Below are positions 35,216 through 48,994 of a stretch of 64,000 nucleotides of DNA, piece after piece. Made by a program: the position numbers and the translations under genes. The stretch lies in contig CM075993.1 of the NCBI GenBank assembly GCA_038087875.1, positions 10,542,001 to 10,606,000 on the forward strand, in the 5' to 3' direction. Source of the stretch: Malacoraja senta. Lineage: Eukaryota. The notes under the pieces were generated by a model, which saw only the letters and a list, made by a program, of their open reading frames with translations, was not told the origin of the DNA and searched no databases. Numbering within the stretch: the stretch's first letter is position 1; every line of letters starts with the position of its first letter.

Positions 35216-36173
35216 AAGCCTGCACCTCTCGGACTTCACCATCGTCTCCTGATTCACTGGACGGTTGATATTAGTTCCTGCAATGACCATTAACTACTGA
35301 GAATGTTAACAACACTTTTGAAATCTTTGATTTATACTGCTCATCACGCACCCAAAGCATTCTTTTATACCAGACTGTTTGAAATAGGCATTCCTGACCC
35401 AAACCGAAACTCATTTGCAACTGGAAGTTAACTCCTGATGACAAGAATATCAGATGAACTCACAAATGGCCAGTGTAACCATTGACACATTTCCGTGCTG
35501 TATCTCTAAACTGAACCATTCTCATCAGCTAGAGTGCAGTCCCAGAAGCCCAGCTACCTCCTTGAAGACCTTTATCTTGCCCATTATCCTTTATCTGTGC
35601 AGTGGACGACTTCCTTGTAATCATGTATAGGCTTTTCATTGACTGGGCAGCAGGCAAACAAAAGCTTTTCACTGTACCTCGCTACATGTGACACTACTAA
35701 ACTAAACTAAAACAAGAGGATCGCACGGGTCAAAATCTACAGGAACACAGGCCTATCTATGTACATGGGTAAAATGTGTGTGTGTGCGCGTAAAAACAAG
35801 GTGTTTCCTGCTCAGAGCCAGCGATTGGCGAGGCGGCATTGTACGGGCATAGCATCTGACAGTAGAACATGCATTATCAATGTTTATCAAGAGGGTGGCA
35901 AGGCAGTGCTCAGCCAGCCCTGAGATGAGAGGCTTTATGGGCAGTGTGTCAGGGAGTGGAGAGGGTCCCATGTAGGTGGGCAGCCTGTGTGAGAAGCACT
36001 GTGGAGCCGCAGAGCGGGTGTTAACAAGATAGGCAAAATTCTGGAGAAACTGAGCGGGACAGGCAACATCTCTGGATAACCCGGAGAAAACCCAGACGGT
36101 CAAAGGGAAAACGTACAAAATCCATACAGGCAGCACCCATAGTCAGGATCGAACCTGGTGTCTGGCGCTGTAA

Positions 36174-36421
36174 AGGGCCTGTCCCACTTTCACGACCTAA
36201 TTCACGACCTCTGCCGAGTTTGCCCTCGACTCATACTCGCAGCATGGTCGTCACGAGGTCTTAGGTAGGTCGTTGGAGGTCGCAGGCAGGTCGTAGTAGG
36301 TCGTGATGCTAGTCGTAGGTACTCGTGGCATCAAGTAGGTCGGGGCGTTTTTTCAACATGATGAAAAATGTCCACGAGTAAAAAATGTCGTGAATCAGGT
36401 TATGAAAGTGGGACTGGCCCT
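36174..36421. mobile_element. PIF/Harbinger-like MITE nested in a SINE
   Basis: AGGGCCTGTCCCACTTTCA...TGAAAGTGGGACTGGCCCT; TAA TSD splits the SINE motif GGCGCTG-TAA-GGCAGC. Confidence 0.85.
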
Positions 36422-39408
36422 TAAGGCAGCAGCCACCATGCCACCTTGGGACTGAGGCGAATGGCCTCTAGCACCACAGCCAACTTCTCAAGAGCACCAT
36501 TGGACCGTTTTTTCTTTGACTTCACTTTTGCTTGGTCAAGGTCACCTCTATTCCCTTCCCCAGGAATATGATGCTGGAAGTAATGAACACAGCACACCGC
36601 CTATAACCGTGTATATGTTGTAATGTTCCTTGGTGGAGCAGCCACTCAATACTTCAACCAGAGCCCGAGCAAATTTATCATCTTTAAATATATAATCAAT
36701 CCCTCTCTGAAAGTCACACGAATCAATATCAACCAGACATGCAGACAGTGCATTCCACTCCATCACCACCTCCTATATTGGTTTACTCACATCAATCCAG
36801 CGTCTTTAGTCAATTGACTTAAATCTGCTCCTTGGTCCTGGATCTCGTTATTGGGACCAGATTGCCTGTTGATCCCCTTATTGCGTACCTCAATCAGTTT
36901 GCTCTGATCCAAGGAGAACAGTACCAACTTTTTTCATTTTACCTCAACCCCGGAACCCTCTAGTTAATCTCCAGCAGTGTATCTCACTTTCGGAAGTGCG
37001 TGAATCAAAATGGTTTGCAATGGTTCAACGTGCTTTATATGTGAAGGACTGTCCTTAATCACAGTATGGACTTTGAAAGATTTATACAGACTTCTAAGTC
37101 ACCCTGCTCCTGCACCCTTTTCACACCTCTGCTGTTTAGCCTACGTAGTCTTTGTTTTGCCAAAATACATCACATTTCATCCAACAGAAACAAGAAACTG
37201 CTGATGCTGATTTACATGAAAAGATGCAAACTGCTGGAGTAACTCAGCGGGTCAGGCAGCATCTCTGGAGGCCGTACAGCACAAGAATGGGCCCTTTGGC
37301 CCACAGTGAATAAGGGGCCTGACCCGAAACATCACCTATCCACATTCTCCAGAGATGCCATCTGATTTGCTAAGTTACTCCAGCACTTGTCCATTATATA
37401 TTAACTAGCATCTGCAGTTCCTTCTTTCTAGGTTTTATGTTCACTTGGAAAAGCAGGTCAATTAGGAGTCTACATCAACAATGGTCCTCAGGTTTACCCT
37501 TGTGTTAATGTCCATCTATGCTGCCATTTTATTGCAGGTCCTTTATTTTTGTTACCAGCCTTTAAAGTGAGAGTCAGATATCTTCTGAAACTTCAAGTAG
37601 ACCGAGGCATTTAGTTTTGGGAAAGGCAGCAAAGAAGATGAAGTCTTTCACAAAGGAAAAAGGAGACTGTTTCTTTTGCTCCAACTTGCCATCAGCTATC
37701 TAACTTTTAACATTCAAATGGGGGCACATTCTCTGCTTCCACCTACCTGCATGGGTCAAGATTGCATATAGGGCAGCGAAGTGGATGCCTCACAGCACCA
37801 GAGACCAGGGTTCAATTCTGACCTCGGATGCTGTAATGTGTGCAGTTTGCACGTTGTTCCCTCCCACATCCTAAAGACGTAAGGGTTGTAGGTTAATTGG
37901 CCTCTGAAAATGGGTGGATGCGCAGGTGGGATAACATAGAACTAGTGTGAATGAGTGATGATGATCAGTATGGACTGGGTGGGCCAAGGGGCCTGTTTCC
38001 ATGCTGTACCTGCAAACCAAACTAGAACTATAGAAACAAGGAACTGTAGATGCTGGTTTACTAAAACACACACAAAGTGTCACAGACCCAGTCTGAAGAA
38101 GGGTCCAGACGCAGAACATCACCTGTGTTTTCCAGAGATGCTGCCTGACCAGCTGTTACTCCAGCACTTTGTGCCTTTTGTAAGCTACACATCTACTAAA
38201 TTTGTGAAGTTATTGGTGTTTAATAATCACCAATACTATAATCAGATATAATCACCAATAATCACTTAATACTATTTTTGTTTACCATTCCTCCAAGTTT
38301 CCTGCCATCTACAATTATTTTGATTCACACACTTCCAGAAGCGAGATTTTGGTCGACCCGAAACGTCACCTATTCCTTTTTTCCAGAGATGCTGTCTGAC
38401 CCCGCTGAGTTACTCCAGCCTTTGTGCCTATCCACGGAGAAGAGATTTCTTCACCCACGAACATAGGAATTCTCAACACAAAGCTCAGTCATTGAATATT
38501 TTCAAAACAAGGACAGATAACGTTTTAAATACAAGAGAATCAACTGATACAAGGTTAGTTAGTGCAGGGAGGATGCATAGTTCAAGGATCACAAGAACAA
38601 ACAAAGTCAGGCACCTAACATCTCCAGTCTGCCCTGCCATTCATTATCATGAATGTTCTGCCTAAGGTCTCATCTCCTTCCCAGTTTCCCCATTGCCTTT
38701 GATGACACCATGTTTGTAAACATGATCTACTATTTAACCCAACCCACCCCAAATGATCTAGCCTTCACAGCCCCCTGGGGACGAGAATTCTACAGATTCA
38801 CCACCCTACACTTTAGTCCGGGCCCTCACCTTGTAACTAGGTTTCGTCATTCAAGCCTTTTCGACTTGTGGAACAATAAAATCATACTCTGCATCGTCCC
38901 CTCCAGATTTCCTGTCTCAATTCTTCTGAGCGCCAAAGAAAACACACCCAACTTATTTAGCCCCTCTTAAAAACATAGAAAAATAGGTGCAAGTGTAGGC
39001 CTCTAACCCCTGATCAACCTGCATCAGACTGCCTCCATTGCTACTCAATGACCACGACGAGGCGAGTCCCTGGAGCCATCTTATTGAGAAGCACAAGAGC
39101 TGGCCTATTCATTGTCCTTTAGTACTCATTAAACACCAGCGGGGAAACATTAATCGCTGAATAAAACACAAGTGCTAAAGGAGCTCTGAGTTAGGCAGTA
39201 TCTGTGGAGGGAATGGACAGGCAACATTTTAGATTGAATCTTTCTTCAGGTTGTTCAAATGGATCAGTCTTAAAGGCGCTGAACTGAAACTGCTCGATTC
39301 CAGCATCTCCAGTCTTTTGTCTCCACATTGAATTGGTGAACATGTATTTGCTCAAAGAGAGCCCCAACTACCCCTCCACTGAACTCTCTTCACTTCAGCG
39401 GTTAGCAA

Positions 39409-39561
39409 AGGTAGACAAAAGTGCTTGAGAAACTCAGCGGGTGCAGCAACATCTATGGAGCGAAGGAAATAGGCAACGTTTCGTCCCGAAACGTTGCCTA
39501 TTTCCTTCGCTCCATAGATGCTGCTGCACCCGCTGAGTTTCTCCAGCATTTTGTCTACCTT
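39409..39561. repeat. Penelope pLTR-derived palindrome (same family as 55946-56106)
   Basis: AAGGTAGACAAAA...GGCAACGTTTCG/TCC/CGAAACGTTGCC...TTTTGTCTACCTT. Confidence 0.85.
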
Positions 39562-40053
39562 CGATTTTCCAGCATCTGCAGTACCTTCTTAAACATCAGT
39601 GGTTAGCAAATCTGGGAATGGAAATAAAATGAGATCCTCTGATAAACCAGGGAGATATTTGGCATTGGAAAGTGGCTGTAATATCACACAGGTTTGTGGG
39701 GAAACAAAAGCCATTCCAGATTTCTCTTCCAAATCAGCTTTTCAGACAGGGACACGACTCAAAAGAGCCAAGGAGACCGGTTATTCATGTTGACACTAAG
39801 AACTGTAGATGCTGGAATCTTGAACAAATCACAAAATGCTGCAGGAACTCAGTGGGTGGGTCAGGCAGTGTCTGAGACGGCAATTGACAAACGATGTTTC
39901 GGCTCAGAAGGTAAACACAAAAAGCTGGAGTAACTCAGCGGGACAGGCAGCATCTCTGGAGAGAAGGAATGGGTGACGTTTCAGGTCGAGACTCTTCAGA
40001 CTGATGTCAGGGGAGTAGGCGAGACGGAGATAGAATGTAGTCGGAGACAGTAA

Positions 40054-40468
40054 AGGGCCTGTCCCACGGGCATGCGGCAAGCGCGACCTAACCGCAAGCG
40101 GGGGCCGTGCGGAGGTCGCGGGTCCGGTCCCACTTCGATCGCCGGAGCCGTGTGGAGTTGTGCGGAGCTGGTCCCGACATCGCGCGGGGCTCTAAAAAAC
40201 CGACACTGTTCAAAAATTCCGTGCGGCAACGGCCTGCCGCCCCGCAGCCGCATCGAAGCCGCGCGCATCGCCTCAACGGCCGTACGCACCGTCTTGATGT
40301 CACTCGACCTCTGCGCGGCCCCCACTTCCGATTTGGTCGCGCTTGCCGCATGCAGCCGCATGCTCGTGGGACAGGCCCTGTACGGGGATCACTCGACCTC
40401 CGCGCGGCCCCCGCTTGCGGTTAGGTCGCACTTGCCGCATGGAGTCGCATGCCCGTGGGACAGGCCCT
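40054..40468. mobile_element. PIF/Harbinger-like MITE, CpG-rich, with duplicated right end
   Basis: AGGGCCTGTCCCACGGGCATGCG...CGCATGCCCGTGGGACAGGCCCT; flanked by TAA/TTA; extra internal TIR ending at ~40379. Confidence 0.8.
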
Positions 40469-40554
40469 TTAGACTGGTGGGAGAACTGGGAAGGGGGAGA
40501 TTTTGGCTCAGAATTCTTCTCCAGGTTATTTATGTTGCATGGGGAAGAGTTACA

Positions 40555-42569
40555 GAAAGAAATAATGTACATTTATTCAAGAGGTCTCTGTGCCCATTGG
40601 ATGTCTGAAATCCAACGGAGGAACCAATTTTGATTGTAGTTACATTTTTAAAAAAAAAGAAAAAGGGGCAGGTGTACACAGATGGACTTACATTTCTGGG
40701 GGATATAGGGCAATGAAACATTTTATGAGATGGTTTTTAAAAAATGGATTCATCTTTGTAAAGAATTTCCAAATGGCAAATGAATTGTCGATTAAAATTA
40801 TTTCCCAGAATCACAGCTAATTATTAAACAAATATTATACCTTAATCAATTTTAAACATACAAGAGCTGCAATGCTGAGTTTATGAACAGGTTTATAATT
40901 GAAGACAAAATGCAAAGTTTTGCATCATTAACATTGCACTTTACTATCAGTGAAACAATACATGAACATTTACTAATATACATACCATTATAAGCAGCCA
41001 TAGTAGTACATATACAATCAGGTTTGTTGTGGGGTTGAAACTGAATAAATCTCATGTTATTACTATGTCAGTTCATATTTTGCAACCAAAAACATTAACA
41101 TTTAAATAAGTTTGTACAGTTTTAAAAGTCAGATTCAAGTTTAGTGCGTGTTTTCACATTTAAAAGACCGGTCGGTGTTGAAACCCACCCAACTGTTTCT
41201 GTTGGCTGCTGCTTCCACTGCTGCCGCCCTGTTACACAACATCCACATGCAAATACACCACTTCATCTCATTACGCAATTTAAACATTCAGTTCCAAAAA
41301 CACTACTTAGGCCACCATAACAGGATTAATGATAACGTGCCTTTGACAAATAAGGCCTTCATTCTGGCATGAAAAGATACCCATTTTGCGTGTGTGAAGC
41401 TGTCGCCCACTGTTTCAAGTTGAGAACACAAGCGTGTTACGGATGCGCCATGCTGCCAGTCTCCTCAAGTAGCCTGGCATCTTTTTTCACTTCTCTTCAT
41501 CGCGTAAAAACTGCAGATTCCCAGCCTGTTTCTAATTAACCCTTAGCAACCCATCGCCACCGAGTGATACGGACAGCTGAACATAAACTCTACTCTGCCC
41601 AGCAAAGTATTGGGATAAACCAGAGTCCAAATTGGTTTTCAGTTCCGTTTATTTTTTGCTCCATCATTTTTTTTTTTTTTAAACAAAACTTGTTTGTTTT
41701 TCTGAAAGATTCAATAGTGTCTAGCGATGCATCAGGAAAATGACGCCTTTAAAAAAATCAAAGTTGAATACCCAAACTAAAATGTAAAAACATAAATTGA
41801 ATTGTGCAACATAAGCAAGTGTGGAGCAGTTTGCCTTTGCTCTGGGTTCCCAGTGTTTACAATGGTTGCATGAAAAATGGCAACAAAAATTAGACAGTGA
41901 TCGATTTTCAATTTAAAAAAAATTCTTGGGCAGATACAAGTGCACAAGGCACTGCAAAGTCAAGGTGCATTTACACTTTACGTATCTGATAATACTGAAG
42001 CCCATGTCTACACAGTACTTGTTTGAAGGAGCAAAGAAAATAATAGCAGCCTGCTAAAAACGAAACCCTCAAGTAACCGACCCACACAGTTGTTTATTAG
42101 TCTTGTGTAGTTACTTAAATCATTCTCCCAGAGATTTTGACTGCTGAAACTCGAGCTGAATGCTGATTAAATCTGGAAGTCACGAATCATGATGTTTTGA
42201 GAGAGGTTTGCTTGAACCCAGATGTAAATGCACCTTGAAGGCAACCAATGCTATCCTACAGTTTACACTAAGGAGGCCATTTTAAAATATCAAATTTCAA
42301 TGTCAGAGCTACCAAGTTCTTGATTAACAGCAACCACTACAGATTTCAAAATATTCTGTGATAGGCTAAAACTGGACCAGGTGTCCACGATTGCTGCGTC
42401 AGCACTAGTAATGGTGCAATGAACACAATTCTCATCAGCGATTTAAAAGTGCAAGATGAAAAGAAGTCTTGAACTATCAAGTACTTGTGGAAATGTAGAA
42501 CTGTTTGTGCGCATTTCAATTCAGTATTTGCAGGGAAACGCTGGCATATAAAAAAAATGTTAGGTTGCA
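40555..42569 (-). other. USP3: Probable long (~2 kb) USP3 3' UTR
   Basis: About 2 kb with no recognisable TE in an otherwise TE-saturated region; AATAAA on minus strand at 40572-40577 (others near 41648 and 42093). Confidence 0.55.
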
Positions 42570-42738
42570 TTAAAGTTTGGTGCCCGGTCCCGATTTGGTC
42601 TGGCGTTCCACATAGAACAAGATGTAGGCCTTGGCCTTCACTACAGTTTCTTCTTCAGTCAATGTAACAGTACTGTCATTGAAGTGGAACCAGCGGCCTT
42701 CGTGGGTTGCATATGCAGTGTAATGACCAGAGCCAACT
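42570..42738 (-). CDS. USP3: USP3 final coding exon (catalytic His and Asp)
   Basis: cttag|A GTT GGC TCT GGT CAT TAC; VGSGHYTAYATHEGRWFHFNDSTV...KAYILFYVERQTKSGPGTKL*. Confidence 0.96.
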
Positions 42739-43124
42739 CTAAGAGGGAAAAAGAAAACATCATTATTGCTCCACTTACAATACATTGATGGCTAGTCCAA
42801 TTTACTCAGTAAAATTATAAAATTTAAGGCTTTTGTACAAAATAAATACAAGGCTTACAATGTACTACTTGAAATAAATGGTTGAGAAGAAACTGCAGAT
42901 GCTGGAAAATCGAAGGTAGACAAAATTGCTGGAGACTCAGCGGGTGCAGCAGCATCTATGGAGCGAAGGAATAGGCAACGTTTCGGGACGCTGAGTTTCT
43001 GCAGCAATTTTGTCTACCTTTGAAATAAATGGGTTGGCTATGAACTAATTATAATCAGAGTAAATGTACTTGAAATGTTCTTTCACTACAGCCCATGTAA
43101 CACTAAATAACGAGGCACAACAAA

Positions 43125-43623
43125 AACTATGGAAAGACAAGTTTGCAGAGACTAAAGGTGTCATATAATGATGCCATGAGAACACTGCTAAGGAAACCTA
43201 GATGGTGTAGTGTTAGTAACATGTTTGTGGCTGCAGGAGTCTGTACTTTAGAAGCTATCCTAAGAAATCATATGTATAAATTCATTTGCAGGATAAATGA
43301 CTCTAAAAATGTAATTATTGTGGCCTTGTCACACATACGGTTCAACACTACACGCTACCAATCCCAGTTGTGGAGACACTGGTATCGCTGTCTCGTTATA
43401 GGACATTGATCATTCTTTTATTCTGGATTTTAATTCATGTATTGTGTTTTTGTTTTTTTAATATATATATAATTTATGATGCTTTTATAAGTGATATACT
43501 AAGATTTTATATGTACTTTATTTTTTTTTAATATGCAATGCATTTTTTATGTAATGTTGCCCCTTGTCTGGACCTTGAGTCTGAAATAAAGTTTATTATT
43601 ATTTATTATTATTATTATTATTA
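43125..43623 (+). mobile_element. Non-LTR retrotransposon 3' end, possibly RTE-X-like
   Basis: Open C-terminal frame LKVSYNDAMRTLLRKPRWCSVSNMFV...LWRHW, AT-rich 3' UTR, AATAAA and (TTA)n tail; clade assignment from recollection. Confidence 0.6.
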
Positions 43624-45446
43624 AAGTGCTGGACACATTCAGCAGGTTGTACATGGGGAAAGAGAAAGTTGACATATCAGGATACAAGCCCTTCATCAGA
43701 ACTGGGAATGTGAGTAAAGGTTACAGCTAGTGTGCTTCCCCAATGGCCCACCCGCTCCTCACCTCCAATCTAGCCTTTACTCATGTTCCAAGCTCCGATG
43801 AAGGGTTTTCAACCTAAAAGGTGAGTTCTGTTCCTCTTCCCCCCAGTGCTGCCCAACCTGTCGAGTGTCTCCAACAATCTCTGCCTTTATTTCAGACTTC
43901 TGCCACTTGCAGATGTATGATTTTAAACAAGATGATATTTTTAATATACTGAAGCATCCAAAGAAATTTTTATAGAGCAAGCAAATTTAACGGGACCACA
44001 CAAGGAGAGCCGCTGGCAGATGGTCAAAATCTTAATCAAAATAGGTTTCCTTCATATTCTATTGAGGAAAGGAGGGTTGGAGATAGAATTAGAGTGCTGA
44101 GAATCTTGGGTAGTAGCAGGCACAGTCAATGGTGGAATAAGTGAAATCAGAGATGTTGGACAGGGCTTAACTGGAGTACTACACTGAAATCAATTATAGA
44201 TCATGGGGTGGCAAGGTTGGAAAGGGAAAAAAAATTAAATCGACTTCCTAACGAAGAGCCAGTCTAAGAGTCAAGGATGACGTGTGAATGTTCACAACCC
44301 GCAGAAGATAGAACAATGGAAATACAACAAAGGATGAGAGGACTTTAGTTTTGAGAAAAGAGTGGGTAAAGGAGCCCTATTTAAAGATCATAACTAACCA
44401 CTGCTAGACAGCCAGAATCTCTTTTCCCCAGTTTAGGATTATCAAAAACTAGAGGGCAATGGTATAAGGTGAGAGGAAGGAGCTTAAAGGGGATCAGAGG
44501 GGTTGTTTTCTTTATGCACAAAATAATTGACATCTGGAATGCAGTGCCAGAGGTGAAAGATACAATCATTGCATTTAAGAAGCATTTAGACAGATACTCT
44601 CACAGACAAGAGAGAGTTAGATTTAGCTCTTAGGGCTAAAGGAATTATGGGAGACAAAGCAGGAACGGGGTACTAATTTTAGATGATCAGCCATGATCAT
44701 ATTGAATGTTGGTGCTGGCTCGAAGGGCCGAATGGCCTACTCCTGCACCTATTTTTCCATGTTTCTAAGGCAAAGAATATGGTCATATAGAGGGCAAATG
44801 GATGGGCAAAAAGGCATACGGTGGACCAAAGGAGCGACTCCACTGCTGCACAACAAAATGACAATTGTTTGCCGCTTTGACTTCAGTTGCCAACTTCATT
44901 TCACAGCAACCCTGACACAAAATGCTCTGCAATTCCTCCGGTCACATGTCAAATCCAACCACTCGTCTGGAGCCTGGGGAATAGAGGAGGGAGCTGCTGA
45001 ATAGAGGCTGACAACTCCCAGTCTCAGGAGGGTGAACTCGAACACTCAATACAGTCCCCGCTGGCTTCCAGAAGATAAATACATCCCCATAAAACTCACC
45101 TTGCACTTCTCCATTCCTTAGAGGAAAACCCTAGCTGTCCACACTTTATTTGGGATATAGACCTGTGGCCTAATACCAGCGTCCTGGTATCTGCCTTCAT
45201 CCATAGTCCATGGACACACATTTTCTATTCCACTCCCCAAAATAATCTGCAGCATATTACACTTATTATTTGGTATTTTCTGCACTTTGTTTAGATCATT
45301 ATATCTGGATGCTTTCCACATGTCAGTGGACAATCAATGAGCCAAGGAACTGCATCACAAGCAGGTAAGTGGTGGAATGTTTACTTTAGTCTGCAAGTTT
45401 AAGCTAAGCTATTAAGTGGAAAATATTTAACACCATCCTGTAGGTA

Positions 45447-46488
45447 CCGTATTTCCCAGCAATGAAGACGCTATTTTTTTACCCTAATATAAGGCCCGAA
45501 AATTTACCTGCATCTTAGAGATCGAAGGTTAGGTTGTTAGCTAAGAAAGATAGACTTGACTATCCCTCAGTACAGCAACATCAAGAACGATGTTGCTGTA
45601 CTGAGGGGGATAGCCGTCTATCCCCCATTGCTGGCAGCCGATTGACATTCTCTGGCTGGGTGGCCAGGTCCAGTGGCACCCTTGCAGACACGTTGCTGGT
45701 GGCGACATTCTATCAGGACTCGGGTCTGGTCCCAAAGGCGGGAAGACGGAGCAGCTTTCCGCCGGGGCAGTGGCCATCCTCTGGAGTGGAGTTGGCCGAG
45801 CAATGCCACTCTCGTAGCGACTGCTGCACGGAACCTGCCACGCCTTCGACCCTGGAATTGTGTGAAGTGGGAAGCAGCTGGAAAAGGACAGCGCCGCTGT
45901 AGGGGGGGGGGGGGGGGAAGAGTCCTTTCCACAGCGTGTGGAGAGTCTGGCCTCGGTCAGCATGGCCTGGCTGCACAAAGTAGCAAACTTGTCTGGGCTG
46001 CCAGGGGTAAAGTTGTGGGGAGGGCAGGAGCGTTGAGAAGGAGGGGGCCGGGGATCATGCCAGCAACTCACTCACTCAGTAGCTCGGGTGGCTGTGAGCA
46101 GCCGCCGGGACTGGACAGCAGTACCAGCCACCACCTCGGCACCTTCTGCCAGCCCGTCGCCAGCCAGCCACGGTGTCCTTCGGCACAGGCGCAACCGGTG
46201 GAGGTGGTGGTCGGCGGGTAGCTACTGGGTGGAAGGCTGGCTGCTCAGGCCCGGGCTCTCTCACACTCCCCGTTATGTGATCCCCCAGAGCCAGGGTCCC
46301 CGTCCCTCAGACCTGAACCGCACAGTGCATTGTGGGACAGGCGAAGATGGAGGCTCCACGGTCCCCATTGCCTCCTTGAACCAAATCCTTGATCCTGCCC
46401 GACAGCCCTTTTTCAAAATTTAGCAACTCAAAATGGGGGGGGTGGGGAGTCTTCGATGCAGGTGCGTCTTCTTCGCCTGGAAATACAG
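45447..46488. mobile_element. Non-autonomous Tc1/mariner-superfamily element with GC-rich interior
   Basis: TA|CCGTATTTCC...GAAGACGC and GCGTCTTC...GGAAATACAG|TA terminal inverted repeats; TA TSD; no transposase. Confidence 0.7.
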
Positions 46489-48926
46489 TAGGTCTTTACA
46501 CTATGCATTATTTTTTGTGTGAACATGCACTGTTTGAAGCTCAAGGAGTTAACGTCATTAAACATATTAACCGCCTGAGGTGATGACAGGTTGTATCTGG
46601 CCCTGCTCCATATGCTCTATAAATGACTCCAAATTATTACCTGTCAGGGGCTCTATTTAAGGGCTATCATTATAGTCAAGCACATTGGTTCTCAACTTGC
46701 CTCAAGTCTATCCTACCATACCTCAGTGTCAAGGGCTACCTGAACCATTCCCATGGACATAACATTTCAAACCCATTTTACATGTATCTCTAGTCCTCAA
46801 AGTCACATTATTTCAAATCTAAACAGTTGAACGTTGTCCAATTTTTCATAAGGTTCTTGATTCATCTGCATTGGCTACGCCCGAGCTTTGAACATCTCTC
46901 TGGTCTCGGTGACCAGAACTACACACAGTAGCCAAGAGGCCACTGATCAAAGGTCTACAGCTTAAGCAGCATAAAACCTATCTTGTACTCCACTGATCTA
47001 GAAATAAAACACAACACTGCATTTGTTTTGCCAATCTATACTCCACAGAGGATACGGTGTCAGGAAACATTGAAAGCTCTTTCCAGATTGTCTTTAAACT
47101 TGTCAGATATCATAGAACATTATATCCAATGAGCAGCATCTTTCTCCAACTTCAAACATTAATTTCTAATTTTCTTTAACGATAAAGCTCTTTTAAAGTT
47201 ATTTGCTGATTTATTGCACTCCAGTACAACCAAGCCAATCAAAGAACCTTCTCTTTTGATTGTCCGAATCTAAGCATTAATATATCAATCTCAACTAGTG
47301 GTAGCAACAAGCGCTTCTTTAAATTAAACATCACTCAACTGAGTGACAATTTCAACTGAAAGCAACCAATTTAGTCTGGTCACAAATCAGGGTCTAAAGA
47401 TGCTGCCCATTGGGTTTCCAAGGTGATCTCAGGTAAGCAGTAAGCGACTAATTCATTACCCAGTTTTGAGCAGTTTTAAGGGTCTGAATTTCCCCATTCT
47501 TTTTGGTCTCACCACCTTCATGAGTCATTTGCAGTTTACCTCCTGATGTAAAGAGCGGGTCACCATGCTCCTCCACAACTCTGACACCTGCTGTGAACTG
47601 GCCAGCATGTCAACACATTAGTCCTGGGGCAGATAGAGGAAGCCAAGTGGTCACCAGTTTTGCAGCAACAACAGGGAATTTGGTTTCACTCTTATAAATC
47701 CATTTCTGACAGACTTGTAACTGCGGAGGTGCAAAATGAACATTGCTACCTCAATCCCAGAGCCAGTGTCTTGCAGGATTGCCAGCTAGTACAAGACTAC
47801 TAGTCAGTGTGGGACATTTAATGAAAGCAAAATAAAACAATCTAGTGTACGTCACATCACAAGAGGAAATGACTAAGGTCACTCATTTTGTCATGTACGT
47901 ACTTGTTTATGCTGGCATACATCCATAAACACAATCTAGTTTTTATATATAAAAACATCTGGTCCGAATACAAAATACATAGCAATTTTGAGTACTTCTA
48001 ATTTTACAATAATCATAAACGGCATTTTATTTGAAAGGTTTTCGAATAAGCTGTTTGAAATGACTAACAATCACGTGCAGGATCAGAATGTAGAAACAAA
48101 GAACTTGCAGGTGCTGGTTTAATGAAGGAGGACACAAAGTGCTGGAGTAATTTAGCGGGTCAGGCAGCATCCATGTTCTCCAGGGATGCTGCCTAACCCA
48201 CCGAGTTGCTCAAGCACTTTGTGTCTTTTTATGTGCAGGATCAGGACATTGCTGATGTTAGCCCAGTTCCGATGCATATGCTCAGAGGGATTCATAGAAC
48301 GGAGAATAGTACAGCACTGGAATAGGCCCATTGGCCGCAGTGTCCATGCTAAGCATGATGCTGTTAAACTGATCTCCTCTACCTGAATGTCATCCATATC
48401 CCTCCATTCCCTGCATATCCGTGTGTCTATCTAGGCCTTTTAAATGTCATTATTGTATCGGATTCTACAAAAAACCCAGGCAAACACGTTTTAAGCACCC
48501 ACCTTTTTGAACCTGTCCCACACACTTTTTAAACTTTACCCCTTTCCCCATAAAATGTCCTTTAATCTTTGACATTTCCATGCTTGGAAAAAGCTTCTGA
48601 CTGTCTACTCTATCTCTGCCTCTCATAGATACCAGAGGCCATTCCAGTTATTAGTTTAATCAAGCGGAGCCTGACTGCCGGAAGGGTGACAGTATATTTA
48701 TAAATCGGTGCAAATATGCTTTCATTTGGTTAGTGCTCATTATGTAAACCAAATTTAAAAATCTGGTAACAAGTTTAGATCCGAGGTGAGACCTCAGTAC
48801 TGTACAGTCATATTATTTAGTCCCCCAATCATTTACAGCACTGCCCCCCAAAACACTGCGTGTCAGTTTAGTGACACACTGGTCTACAATGCAACTGCTC
48901 TGTGACAGAGAATCAAAAGTGCTCAC

Positions 48927-48994
48927 CCTGAACCATGATGCACCACCACTGCTGCCAGGTCGTACAGACAGCACTCAGGACCACTGTTCTCAGG
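48927..48994 (-). CDS. USP3: USP3 penultimate coding exon (His-box start); absent from ORF track
   Basis: ttttgcag|CCT GAG AAC...TCA GG|gtgagc; PENSGPECCLYDLAAVVVHHGSG; 68 bp. Confidence 0.95.

Noticed and set aside
39996..40633. Cluster of overlapping Arg-rich ORFs / apparent CpG island
   Set aside because: Explained by a GC-rich MITE; no recognisable protein family
45534..46423. Overlapping 100-180 aa ORFs
   Set aside because: Stop-poor GC-rich interior of a TIR element; no recognisable domain
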